A DNA stretch of 64,000 nt. Origin: an uncultured Candidatus Saccharibacteria bacterium (lineage in GTDB: Bacteria > Patescibacteriota > Doudnabacteria > UBA920). Shown in pieces: positions 47,309-55,352 of this stretch; the first letter of the stretch is position 1, and the number at the start of each line of letters is the position of its first letter. The notes beneath the pieces are model-generated. The model ran no database searches. It saw only the letters and a program-made list of their open reading frames with translations, and had not been told where the DNA came from. Where the stretch lies: positions 93,523-157,522 of the forward strand of contig CAYYQK010000001.1 in the NCBI GenBank assembly GCA_964473815.1, given 5' to 3'. The position numbers and the translations under genes are program-made.

Positions 47309-48209
47309 GCTGAAAATCCGGATAGCCGTTAAGAAAATCTTTCATACTCATAGTATTTTTTCCAGCAGGTTGCACGGTAATTAATTTCAGAAATGTGTTT
47401 TGGCCGCAGGTAATTGTGTCGCGGTCGTTTTTGCCTGAGTTATTTTCTTCGTGTTCAGTTGCAACCGAGCATTCTAATATTTTAAAGTTTTCACCGCGCC
47501 AAGTTGTATAGATCCCTGGCCACGCAATGTAGGCTCGCCATGAGTTATAAATTTCTTGCGCGCTTTTATTCCAATCAACCAGACCATCTTCTTTTTTTAT
47601 AATTTTGGTTGGTGTGGCCTGGGAGTGATCTTGTTCTTGCGGTTGAATCTGTCCTGACTGATATTTCGGCAATAACTCAATCAATAGTTTTGCAGAAAGG
47701 TCAGCAAGTTTTGGCACAAGTGTTAAGAAAGTATCACTAGGCGCAACATCAATTTCTTGCTGAACTAAAATGGGACCGTGATCTACAAGTTCATCAAGTA
47801 TAAAAATTGTTGTGCCTGTTTTAGCTTCTCCATTTAGTAATGAAAATTGAATTGGCGCTGCCCCGCGGTATTTGGGCAACAAAGAAAAATGCACATTAAT
47901 AGTTTTTAATGGCGGAATCTCTAAAAGTTCAGCTGGTAGAATTTTGCCATAAGAGACAACTATAAAAATATCAGCACCTAACCCGCGCAGAAAATCCATA
48001 AATTCCGAATTGTTTTTAACTTTTTGTGGCTTGTTTACAGGCAATTTTAATTCATCTGCTAAGGCAGAAATAGCTGATTGGGTTAGGATTTGTTTGCGGC
48101 CAACTGGAGCATCTGGACTGGTCACAACCTGCACTATTTCGTGCTGCTCGTTTAAACTGCGCAAAATAGGCAGGCCAACATCTGATGTGCCAAAGAAAAC
48201 AACTTTCAT
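47283..48209 (-). CDS. fmt: Methionyl-tRNA formyltransferase
   Basis: FFGT, VVTSPD.P.GR, YGKILP, INVHFSLLPKYRGAAPIQ, D.GPIL. Confidence 0.97.
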   Translation of the reverse strand: MKVVFFGTSDVGLPILRSLNEQHEIVQVVTSPDAPVGRKQILTQSAISALADELKLPVNKPQKVKNNSEFMDFLRGLGADIFIVVSYGKILPAELLEIPPLKTINVHFSLLPKYRGAAPIQFSLLNGEAKTGTTIFILDELVDHGPILVQQEIDVAPSDTFLTLVPKLADLSAKLLIELLPKYQSGQIQPQEQDHSQATPTKIIKKEDGLVDWNKSAQEIYNSWRAYIAWPGIYTTWRGENFKILECSVATEHEENNSGKNDRDTITCGQNTFLKLITVQPAGKNTMSMKDFLNGYPDFQPSQLGSAQ

Positions 48210-48775
48210 TATTTTAAATTTGTGCGTTTAAGAATTTGGCGTAATACTTCGGCTTCAATTTCGCAGTCCACCAAAGCTGTGTGGCGACCTTCTGAAACAT
48301 TAATTTTAAAATGTTTCGCTGCTTCATCAAGTCGAAATCCTGAAAAACGTTTTTTGTTTTTCAAAAGTTTTTTCTTAGCCATGTATGTGTAAACCAAAGG
48401 CCAAATGTCGAAGACATGATAGTCAAAAGGATAGCGCATTTTGTTCTCGCGGTATGCCAAGCGCAGCATCAACGTATCTAAAATAGTTCCGTAAGGAGCG
48501 AGAATGACATTATGACCAAAAGTTTTTTCAAACTTTTTTATTGCAGTCTTTAGATCTGGCGCATTTTTTAGCTGATCCCAAGTGATATTATTAACCTTCA
48601 TTGCTTCCGGTTCGCGCAGTTTCCAGCGCTTGGGCTTTATAAAAGTCTCAAAGCGCTTCTTTTCTTTCAAAGTTTTTTTATCGAGCTGAATTGCAGCGAT
48701 TTGAATGAGTTCGTGCTTAAAATAATCTAGGCCAGTGCACTCAACATCGAGCACTAATAAATCTTTGTTAAACAT
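48209..48775 (-). CDS. DEDDh 3'-5' exonuclease with intact motifs
   Basis: LDVECTGL, ELIQIAA, LDTLML (ExoII), HTALVD (ExoIII). Confidence 0.9.
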   Translation of the reverse strand: MFNKDLLVLDVECTGLDYFKHELIQIAAIQLDKKTLKEKKRFETFIKPKRWKLREPEAMKVNNITWDQLKNAPDLKTAIKKFEKTFGHNVILAPYGTILDTLMLRLAYRENKMRYPFDYHVFDIWPLVYTYMAKKKLLKNKKRFSGFRLDEAAKHFKINVSEGRHTALVDCEIEAEVLRQILKRTNLK

Positions 48776-48790
48776 AAAATAAATTAATTG

Positions 48791-49324
48791 TTATCCGTTA
48801 ATGATCTTACGAAAAACTTCCGCAGCCAGTCGCGCCTTTTCTAAAGCGTTACTGCGATTTTTAATCTTCAAATGAAAATGCGTAAACAAAGTTTCCAAAG
48901 TCGGCATTTTCTTAACACCGTAATGGAGAGTATATACATAACCAAGCGACCATAAATCTAAAACATGTGAATCATATTCGTAAGGGACAAAAGTTTTTTT
49001 AAACGCTTGCCTTAAAAATTGCACGTTGCTAACAGTGTGTGTTGCGAGGAGGGGGCTGGAGCCAAATTTTGTGGCAAATTGTTTGATGACTTCGTTTAAT
49101 TTCGGACTTTTTTGGAGGGTTTCAAATGGCACTTGCAGTTGAGTGGAATGTTGCGCAATAGTATTGTCCAGGAAGCTGACTTTCACATACGAATTGAAAA
49201 AATCCTTTTCCAGTTGGTTGTCTTTATCTAACAAAACAGCAGACAACTGAATAATGCTATCTCTGTCTAAATTTGGTCCTGATGTTTCAATCTGGAATAA
49301 TAGAATGTCTTTGATGAATTTCAT
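48791..49324 (-). CDS. DEDDh exonuclease-like paralog with degenerate catalytic residues
   Basis: FQIETSG instead of DxETxG; SNVQFL; NALEKA instead of HxALxD. Confidence 0.8.
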   Translation of the reverse strand: MKFIKDILLFQIETSGPNLDRDSIIQLSAVLLDKDNQLEKDFFNSYVKVSFLDNTIAQHSTQLQVPFETLQKSPKLNEVIKQFATKFGSSPLLATHTVSNVQFLRQAFKKTFVPYEYDSHVLDLWSLGYVYTLHYGVKKMPTLETLFTHFHLKIKNRSNALEKARLAAEVFRKIING

Positions 49325-49335
49325 AATGGTATTTC

Positions 49336-49433
49336 AAAGTGGAAAAAGTTTGACTCGTCAACTAGCGTTGCTACGAATTGCTTCGCAATTCTGGGCAGTC
49401 GATAGTTTCCTCCGCCAATACTTTTTCTACTTT
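49336..49433. repeat. Long imperfect palindrome filling the intergenic space
   Basis: Outer arms aaagtggaaaaagt / actttttctacttt; apex gaattgc-ttc-gcaattc. Confidence 0.75.
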
Positions 49434-49926
49434 AACTCTCTTTATAATTATCCAAAAGTTCTTCGCCGTTAGTGATTTTTTCAAATTTGTCTACGATTAA
49501 AATATTATTTAAGTGATCAATTTCGTGCTGCAGTACCCGAGCCAAAAAAGTGTCATCAGTGATAGAGAACTTTTCGCCATTTACATCGTAGGCCTCCATG
49601 GTAATTTTCTTTGGGCGCTTAACAACACCAAACACACCTGGCAAAGATAAACAACCTTCTTCCATCTCCGACAATTCTTTAGAAGAATTTGTAATCTTTG
49701 GATTGATAATTGGGAAGGGTGGCACTCCGACATCATCCAAATAAATTAGAGCCATGTTCAAACTTTTAGATATTTGCGGGCAAGCTAAACCAACGCCATT
49801 GGCAGCAATGACGGTTTGCAACATATTGTGAATTAAACGCACATCATCTTTTTTGAGTGGGAATTTCACATCGGAAACAGGGGAGCGCAATACGCGCGCC
49901 GGTAATTTGGCTATCGGTAAAATCAT
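49432..49926 (-). CDS. def: Peptide deformylase
   Basis: GVGLACPQ, EEGCLSLPG, ARVLQHEIDHL. Confidence 0.97.
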   Translation of the reverse strand: MILPIAKLPARVLRSPVSDVKFPLKKDDVRLIHNMLQTVIAANGVGLACPQISKSLNMALIYLDDVGVPPFPIINPKITNSSKELSEMEEGCLSLPGVFGVVKRPKKITMEAYDVNGEKFSITDDTFLARVLQHEIDHLNNILIVDKFEKITNGEELLDNYKES

Positions 49927-49932
49927 TTCTTG

Positions 49933-50208
49933 TTATTTCGACTTGTGTTCGTCGTTATATTTCTTAATCAGATAAGAAAATAAGCGACCGCGATTTTGCA
50001 CTTTTGGATTTTCTAAAACTTCACCGGCAATCTTACGCAGGATGTCAGGGGGGTGAGTAACTGCCATTTTTAGATACAATCCAAAATGAGCGCGGTCATT
50101 CATTTGGTCGGCTAATTCATCGGCTAAAACATGCGCAGCCGAGTGTAATTTAGGGTCGCGTTTACGACTAAATTTGTGCCCTGCGGCCACATCTTTTAAC
50201 GAATCCAT
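49933..50208 (-). CDS. Hypothetical helical protein
   Basis: 91-aa ORF with TATAAT 6 nt before ATG; first gene of the def-exo-exo-fmt run. Confidence 0.75.
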   Translation of the reverse strand: MDSLKDVAAGHKFSRKRDPKLHSAAHVLADELADQMNDRAHFGLYLKMAVTHPPDILRKIAGEVLENPKVQNRGRLFSYLIKKYNDEHKSK

Positions 50209-50254
50209 GGGGTAATTATAAGCTATTTGGAACTAAAATGGAATGAAAATCTGT

Positions 50255-50282
50255 TTGACTCTTTTATCCCCAAGAGTATAAT
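50255..50282 (+). promoter_or_regulatory. Promoter of the AT-rich island
   Basis: TTGACT (50255) - 16 nt - TATAAT (50277). Confidence 0.65.
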
Positions 50283-50316
50283 GCTTTTAAAAGCACTATT
50301 TTATTTTTGGTTTAAA

Positions 50317-50898
50317 ATGAGCCTAACTTTCATCGGCGGAATCAACGGAGTGGGCAAGACCAGCGTTGCTGAGTTAATTTGTAATTTAGAGCCCACCTGC
50401 GAGGTTGTGAAAGGTTCTGATGTTATGATGGAGCGTCTCGGAATCAAAGGTGATTACGATGCTTTCCGTTCAATGAATGAAAATATAAAAAATACAGAGT
50501 TTATTAAACTCCTTTCTGAGCTGAAAAACAAACCCTCAAAAACGATAGTAACAGGTCATTTTGTAAAAATTTTGGACGGTACTTTATCACCGAGTTTAGG
50601 GCCTTGGTACGATATTTGTGATAACATAGTCCTTCTAATAAGTAATCCTAAAATGGTTTTAAAGCGCATCCAATCAGATGACATGCTTAATAAACGGACA
50701 AATCGTAGACTATTTTCGGAATACATGAAAGGTCATAATCTACAAGTTGCCTTTCTTAATAATGCACAAGACCTATCAAGGTCCATATTTGAGCATGTCT
50801 CTGAAAACCAAAGTCTGAAAACAGCATCTTTTTATAACCGACAAGGGAACCTGTATGATTGCTCGGCTCAGATAATAAGTTTTATGAATAGTCTATAA
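50317..50898 (+). CDS. P-loop nucleotide/nucleoside kinase (archaeal adenylate kinase-like)
   Basis: FIGGINGVGKTS at the N-terminus, VTGHF, LKRI..D....R.R lid; start moved to ATG 50317. Confidence 0.8.
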   Translation: MSLTFIGGINGVGKTSVAELICNLEPTCEVVKGSDVMMERLGIKGDYDAFRSMNENIKNTEFIKLLSELKNKPSKTIVTGHFVKILDGTLSPSLGPWYDICDNIVLLISNPKMVLKRIQSDDMLNKRTNRRLFSEYMKGHNLQVAFLNNAQDLSRSIFEHVSENQSLKTASFYNRQGNLYDCSAQIISFMNSL

Positions 50899-50903
50899 AA
50901 CAT

Positions 50904-51380
50904 ATGCGAATTATCAAATTTAAAAACTTGTCACCAAAAGACATTCTTAATATTAAGAATGTCAAATTAGAGTCAAAAAAGTCAAAAACCAATGGCGGCC
51001 ATATGGTAGGTTGTTTAATTGTAAGGGATAATAAAAAAGTTTTTGGTGTGACTTTGGGAAGGAGTAGAGCGATTGGTTCAACATGCGCAGAGCGAATGGC
51101 TTTAGACCAATGGGTTTACAAATACAAGGATTCATTACCAGAGAAAATTTATGTTATAGGAAACTTTAACAGGGAATCATGGAGTGAAGACTATATCACG
51201 ACACCATGTGGTGTGTGTTTGGAAATGTTTTTGGAGTTTATTTTATCGATGAAAGTTGCAAACCTTTCTTTCATTTTTGCAAATTGGAAATTAACCAAAG
51301 CGATGCTAATAAAGTTAGACGAATTGTTCCCCCAATATGGCAAGGGCGGATGGCCATATAAAAAAGGAATAAAGAGATGA
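50904..51380 (+). CDS. Cytidine deaminase-like zinc deaminase (three-Cys type)
   Basis: VGC.I, STCAERMA, TPCGVC, LDELFP. Confidence 0.85.
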   Translation: MRIIKFKNLSPKDILNIKNVKLESKKSKTNGGHMVGCLIVRDNKKVFGVTLGRSRAIGSTCAERMALDQWVYKYKDSLPEKIYVIGNFNRESWSEDYITTPCGVCLEMFLEFILSMKVANLSFIFANWKLTKAMLIKLDELFPQYGKGGWPYKKGIKR

Positions 51381-52735
51381 TAGATAATTTTGAATTGTGG
51401 TCTTCTGCCCATGTAAATTTTGCCACGAGTAAAAGAATGTTGGACTTTACAGAATATGGTGAAGATTCTGACACTGACTGGCTTAAATATCAAGTAGATA
51501 AGACTCCTAATGGTAGTTTGCTGATTAATAATGCAATGTTCGATTGTCTTTCTGAAGAGAAAGTTTATTTAGCTCATATAACCAGTCAGTTTAATAAAAT
51601 TAAGGAAACAAAAAAATTACTTTCAAGTAGCGGTTGTCTCATCGGTAGTCTGTATTGCGTACCTGTTATAAAAGATAAAAGTGGTCTAAGATTGCATAAT
51701 TTGGGGCGTTACATATACAAAAATGAACTGCCGGCTTTCAAGAATAACGAAGATGATTCTGATATTCTGTTAATCGAAATTAATAATCCACTTTCTGAGC
51801 GATCTTTATACGGAATAGACTATCTGAAATTGGGTTTAGTTCATTATTCAACTTTTAGACAACTTAATTATCTACTCTCATTGTCAGAGCTGGACTCAAT
51901 AAAAAACAATACAGTTAAAGCAATACAAAAATCTTATGAACTCTTTCTATTATTAGAAAAGAAGCCTATTGTTGACCTTGTTGTCGATTTTGAAAAAATA
52001 TACAGCTATTATCTTGATTGTATTGAGACTTTGCCAATACTGGGTTATTTATTATTTGAGGTTTTATCGGAATATATTGCTTTATATCAGCAAGGGCCAG
52101 AAGTAGATAGATACAAACTTTTCAATGAATTGTATTGTAATAATTTTAAGAATTTAATTTTAGAGATATCTCCTCACTTGACCAAATCATTTAACTTAGG
52201 TTATTTTAATCCGACTTTGTCTGGCATTAAGGCATATCTAGAAAAACTTAATTTATTACAACCCAATGATGAGGTCAGTTTTGAATCTTACTTTTTAAAA
52301 AGAATTAAATATTTAATACGAAATCGTTTTTATAATATTGAATCAAATTATTTCTTTGAAGGATTGCCCTCGAGATTCGAAAATGATTTTGATAAATTAA
52401 GTGTGAGTATGAGACCGTTGGTTGGCCACACTATCCACCGATTAATGCGAAATATGCATCGTTACCCAAATTTCTATTTTTATTTTGATCAGTATAAAGC
52501 TCTGCAAGCCTGGAATCATTGGAATCAGTCCCGTATCCCCATTGTATATAATGCTTTGCTTCCAAAAGGGGAGATAGGAATAAATGCCGCTTACCCCGAT
52601 TTAGAATACAAAATATACAAGACAAAACCTGTGGAACAAAATGGGGATTCATATCTAACTGATTTAGAAGAACTTGATTTAAAACTTCAACCACGCTTGG
52701 CGGAAATAGAAACTTTAATTATGAGAAAAAGATAA
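51377..52735 (+). CDS. Hypothetical 452-aa protein, possible ADP-ribosyltransferase-like fold
   Basis: ORF clearly within the operon; YLAHITS...I.....L.SS.GCLIGSLY resembles the ART H-x-T...G..Y pattern; late PKGEIGIN. The fold call is speculative. Confidence 0.6.
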   Translation: MIDNFELWSSAHVNFATSKRMLDFTEYGEDSDTDWLKYQVDKTPNGSLLINNAMFDCLSEEKVYLAHITSQFNKIKETKKLLSSSGCLIGSLYCVPVIKDKSGLRLHNLGRYIYKNELPAFKNNEDDSDILLIEINNPLSERSLYGIDYLKLGLVHYSTFRQLNYLLSLSELDSIKNNTVKAIQKSYELFLLLEKKPIVDLVVDFEKIYSYYLDCIETLPILGYLLFEVLSEYIALYQQGPEVDRYKLFNELYCNNFKNLILEISPHLTKSFNLGYFNPTLSGIKAYLEKLNLLQPNDEVSFESYFLKRIKYLIRNRFYNIESNYFFEGLPSRFENDFDKLSVSMRPLVGHTIHRLMRNMHRYPNFYFYFDQYKALQAWNHWNQSRIPIVYNALLPKGEIGINAAYPDLEYKIYKTKPVEQNGDSYLTDLEELDLKLQPRLAEIETLIMRKR

Positions 52736-52739
52736 AAAT

Positions 52740-53477
52740 ATGGCAATTGAGAATGAATTGGAGATTTTGAAAAATATTTCTGACAGGATACTCCGATCCG
52801 AAGAAGTAAATAGTGGATTCCGCAATTGCTTAGTGCAGCTGGAAAAAGAAATAAAAGCTATTGAGTCCCATATAAAAAATTCCAATAATTTTGAAAAAGA
52901 CTTTTTAAAAGTAAAAGATTTGCGGAAGCTTCAAATTGGCGGAGGTAAAAGAACTTTGGAAGGGTTTATAAATGTTGATATATTCCAGCCAGCTGATATT
53001 GTTTGGGATTGTAGAAGCGGCCTTCCATTCAAAGAAGATGCTTTTGACTTTATTTTTACAGAACACTTTTTAGAGCATGTAGACTACCCTGTTTCAGCTT
53101 TGAAAATCGTAAATGAATGCTATAGAGTATTATCCAAGAGCGGAGAGCTTTATATTTCGTTACCTGATGCAGGTAAAGTCATTGATGCCTATAATAGAGA
53201 TGACAAAAAGTATCTTACAGAACTAAATAATGAATGTTATGTAAAAAGAAATCCACCAGTAGTCATTAACGGGAATATAGACTATGTCAATTATCTTTTC
53301 AGGGATCAAATTGAAAATACCAAATATACCATACATCACTGGGCCTATGATTTTGAATCCTTGAGAAACATTTTGCAAAGGGCTGGGTTTTCTAATGTAC
53401 AGAGAACAACATTGATTCCAGAATATTGCAACCCCGCTCGAGAGTTTTATAGTTTATATATAAAAGCAATTAAATAA
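52740..53477 (+). CDS. Class I SAM-dependent methyltransferase (Methyltransf_11-like)
   Basis: LQIGGG....GFINVD, LPF...FDFIFTEHFLEH, ECYRVL...G.L.ISLPD. Confidence 0.88.
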   Translation: MAIENELEILKNISDRILRSEEVNSGFRNCLVQLEKEIKAIESHIKNSNNFEKDFLKVKDLRKLQIGGGKRTLEGFINVDIFQPADIVWDCRSGLPFKEDAFDFIFTEHFLEHVDYPVSALKIVNECYRVLSKSGELYISLPDAGKVIDAYNRDDKKYLTELNNECYVKRNPPVVINGNIDYVNYLFRDQIENTKYTIHHWAYDFESLRNILQRAGFSNVQRTTLIPEYCNPAREFYSLYIKAIK

Positions 53478-53484
53478 TATTTAT

Positions 53485-54018
53485 ATGTACGAAATAGAAT
53501 TTAGAGGTAAAATCTCTGAAGAAAAGTATAAGTCCACTATAGATTTTTTGAATATTAATGGGAAAAATCTTGGGGAAGATGACAAAGAGGTTTACTATTA
53601 CATCTTTAAAGATAAATTGTTAAAGCTAGTTAATAATATTTCAAAAGGGAATGCAAAAGTATCTCTTAAGCTGAACCGTATAGGAGATGGTGCTGTTTTT
53701 GAAGAAATGGAATTCTTTTTTGATCAAAATGATTTTGAGAAGGCAGCTAGTCTGTTTAATAAACTTGATCTTAACGCAAAGGTTATGACTGGCCCACAAA
53801 AAAGAGTTAATTATGAATATAAGGGTTGCGAAATTGCGATGAAGTTTAGTGATGTTTGGGAATACCATTTTGAAATCGAAAAAGTAGTAGACTCGACAGA
53901 AAATCAAGAAAAAGTGGAGTCAGAGATCCGCAGTGTGGCACAAGAATTAGGCCTAGAAATAATGTCCGAAGAAGATTTGAAGAATTTTGTCGAAAATGTT
54001 GAAAGCAAAATCAAATGA
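53485..54018 (+). CDS. CYTH-domain (triphosphate tunnel metalloenzyme) protein
   Basis: N-terminal YEIEFRG (ExExK/R), VSLK, FEEME, KRVNYEY, FEIEK. Confidence 0.85.
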   Translation: MYEIEFRGKISEEKYKSTIDFLNINGKNLGEDDKEVYYYIFKDKLLKLVNNISKGNAKVSLKLNRIGDGAVFEEMEFFFDQNDFEKAASLFNKLDLNAKVMTGPQKRVNYEYKGCEIAMKFSDVWEYHFEIEKVVDSTENQEKVESEIRSVAQELGLEIMSEEDLKNFVENVESKIK

Positions 54019-54752
54019 GTTTGCAAACTGACTTAGCGAATAAAATTCATCCAAAGTACCAAAATTTGGACAGGGAATCTCTTGATTTCATTTGCTCCAA
54101 CATGGACATTTCAATATTGAAAATTCAGAACTGGAATGACAATTTATTTGAATTTATTTTTAATAATTCATCCTGGCAGGATATAGAGCTAAGTTGGTAT
54201 GATGATAAACAAATTGCCGAAGGTATACATGGGCTAAGGCATGCAATGAGGGTGGCAATTAACATTGGCTTCCTAACTTTTGGAAATGATAAGTACAAAG
54301 AGATTACGAAACCCTTAATATGGGCCGCTTTAAAACATGATTGTTCAAGAAAGAATGATAACGAAGATCTGGAGCATGGTCTAAATTCCGCGAGGTCAAT
54401 CATGTCGAATTCTCATAACGTTCCGAAGGATATCTTACCTTATTTGGATATGATTGCTTTTTCTGTTGAAAACCATAATGTACCTTACGCAGAGGTGGAA
54501 AAAAATAAAAGATACTTGAAAAATAAAGAAGTGACAGATCTGTTAAAGACTGCCGATGCCTTAGATAGATATAGGTTGCCCAAAATTAAATGGTGGCCTA
54601 ACACAGATTATTTAAAAATTATTCCAAATAAAGCTCAGTTATCTTTTGCTTATTATTTGATGGATTATAGCGAGAGAGAATATTTAAATTTAAAGAATGA
54701 TAAACAATCTATAATATTTGCTTTAAAAAAAATGCGGGACTCTATGAAATAG
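54015..54752 (+). CDS. HD-domain phosphohydrolase
   Basis: IHGLRHAMRV, ALKHDC.R.ND..D.EHG..SA, NHN, LKTADALDRYR. Confidence 0.85.
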   Translation: MSLQTDLANKIHPKYQNLDRESLDFICSNMDISILKIQNWNDNLFEFIFNNSSWQDIELSWYDDKQIAEGIHGLRHAMRVAINIGFLTFGNDKYKEITKPLIWAALKHDCSRKNDNEDLEHGLNSARSIMSNSHNVPKDILPYLDMIAFSVENHNVPYAEVEKNKRYLKNKEVTDLLKTADALDRYRLPKIKWWPNTDYLKIIPNKAQLSFAYYLMDYSEREYLNLKNDKQSIIFALKKMRDSMK

Positions 54753-54759
54753 AGCCCCG
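54725..54759 (-). terminator. Intrinsic terminator of the Gre-like gene
   Basis: Minus strand cggggctcta-tttca-tagagtcccg-ca followed by a T tract. Confidence 0.8.
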
Positions 54760-54790
54760 GCGTATCTTATGGTTTACGAGATCTTACGAA

Positions 54791-55237
54791 CTAACTGATT
54801 TTGTCTATGGTCAAGTCCTCTCCCTTAAAAGAAAATTCATCACCTTCTTCCAGGCCCATTATTAATTTGGCAAGCCCGGAGTCGTAGGAGATGGTTTGTA
54901 TGGGATGCTCAGCGAATATTTGGTAACTGCCTATGCGGAAGGACTTACCATTACTCAATTTTACTGTAGCACCTAATACTACTTTATCAAAAGGACCTTT
55001 CCCGTGGACAACAGAGGAATGCATTAGGATGTCACGCAAGTTACGCAATCTTCCTAGTGCAACGTTTCTTTCAATCGTGATCGTCTCCTGCACGGCGTCA
55101 TCATGGCCAAAGTTTTCAGTGCTTTGGGCATTTGCTATGCCTTGCTGGCGCCCTAGTTCGAATATACTCTCGCGTAATTGCTCCACTTCATGCTGGAGGA
55201 TTTTAAAGTCCTCTGGTAAAAAGTAGTATTTTTTCAA
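54791..55237 (-). CDS. Divergent GreA/GreB-family protein
   Basis: TTG start at 55237 after AGGAGG; YF..E.F..L..E...L coiled coil, VVLGATVKL, ISYDS.LAK.IMG...GDE. Confidence 0.8.
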   Translation of the reverse strand: MKKYYFLPEDFKILQHEVEQLRESIFELGRQQGIANAQSTENFGHDDAVQETITIERNVALGRLRNLRDILMHSSVVHGKGPFDKVVLGATVKLSNGKSFRIGSYQIFAEHPIQTISYDSGLAKLIMGLEEGDEFSFKGEDLTIDKIS

Positions 55238-55283
55238 AGCATTACCTCCTTGGAATACCATCCACACTTGGAATGTGGTAAAT

Positions 55284-55312
55284 ATTTTACCATAAAACAA
55301 AGATTTTGGCAA
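55284..55312 (-). promoter_or_regulatory. sigma70 promoter of the Gre-like cassette
   Basis: Minus strand TTGCCA - 17 nt - TAAAAT with extended TG. Confidence 0.75.
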
Positions 55313-55352
55313 GTTAAACAATTTCTCCTAAATTGCGCTATAATTCTTAGGT

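Noticed and set aside
50227-50316. N-terminal extension of the kinase ORF
   Set aside because: Contains the promoter boxes; P-loop position supports ATG 50317.
15290-55237. RBS-covering fold-back in the 15290 and Gre-like cassettes
   Set aside because: Only a 10/11 match inside the CDS ends for 15290 and nothing convincing for the Gre-like gene, so fold-back is not claimed for all cassettes.
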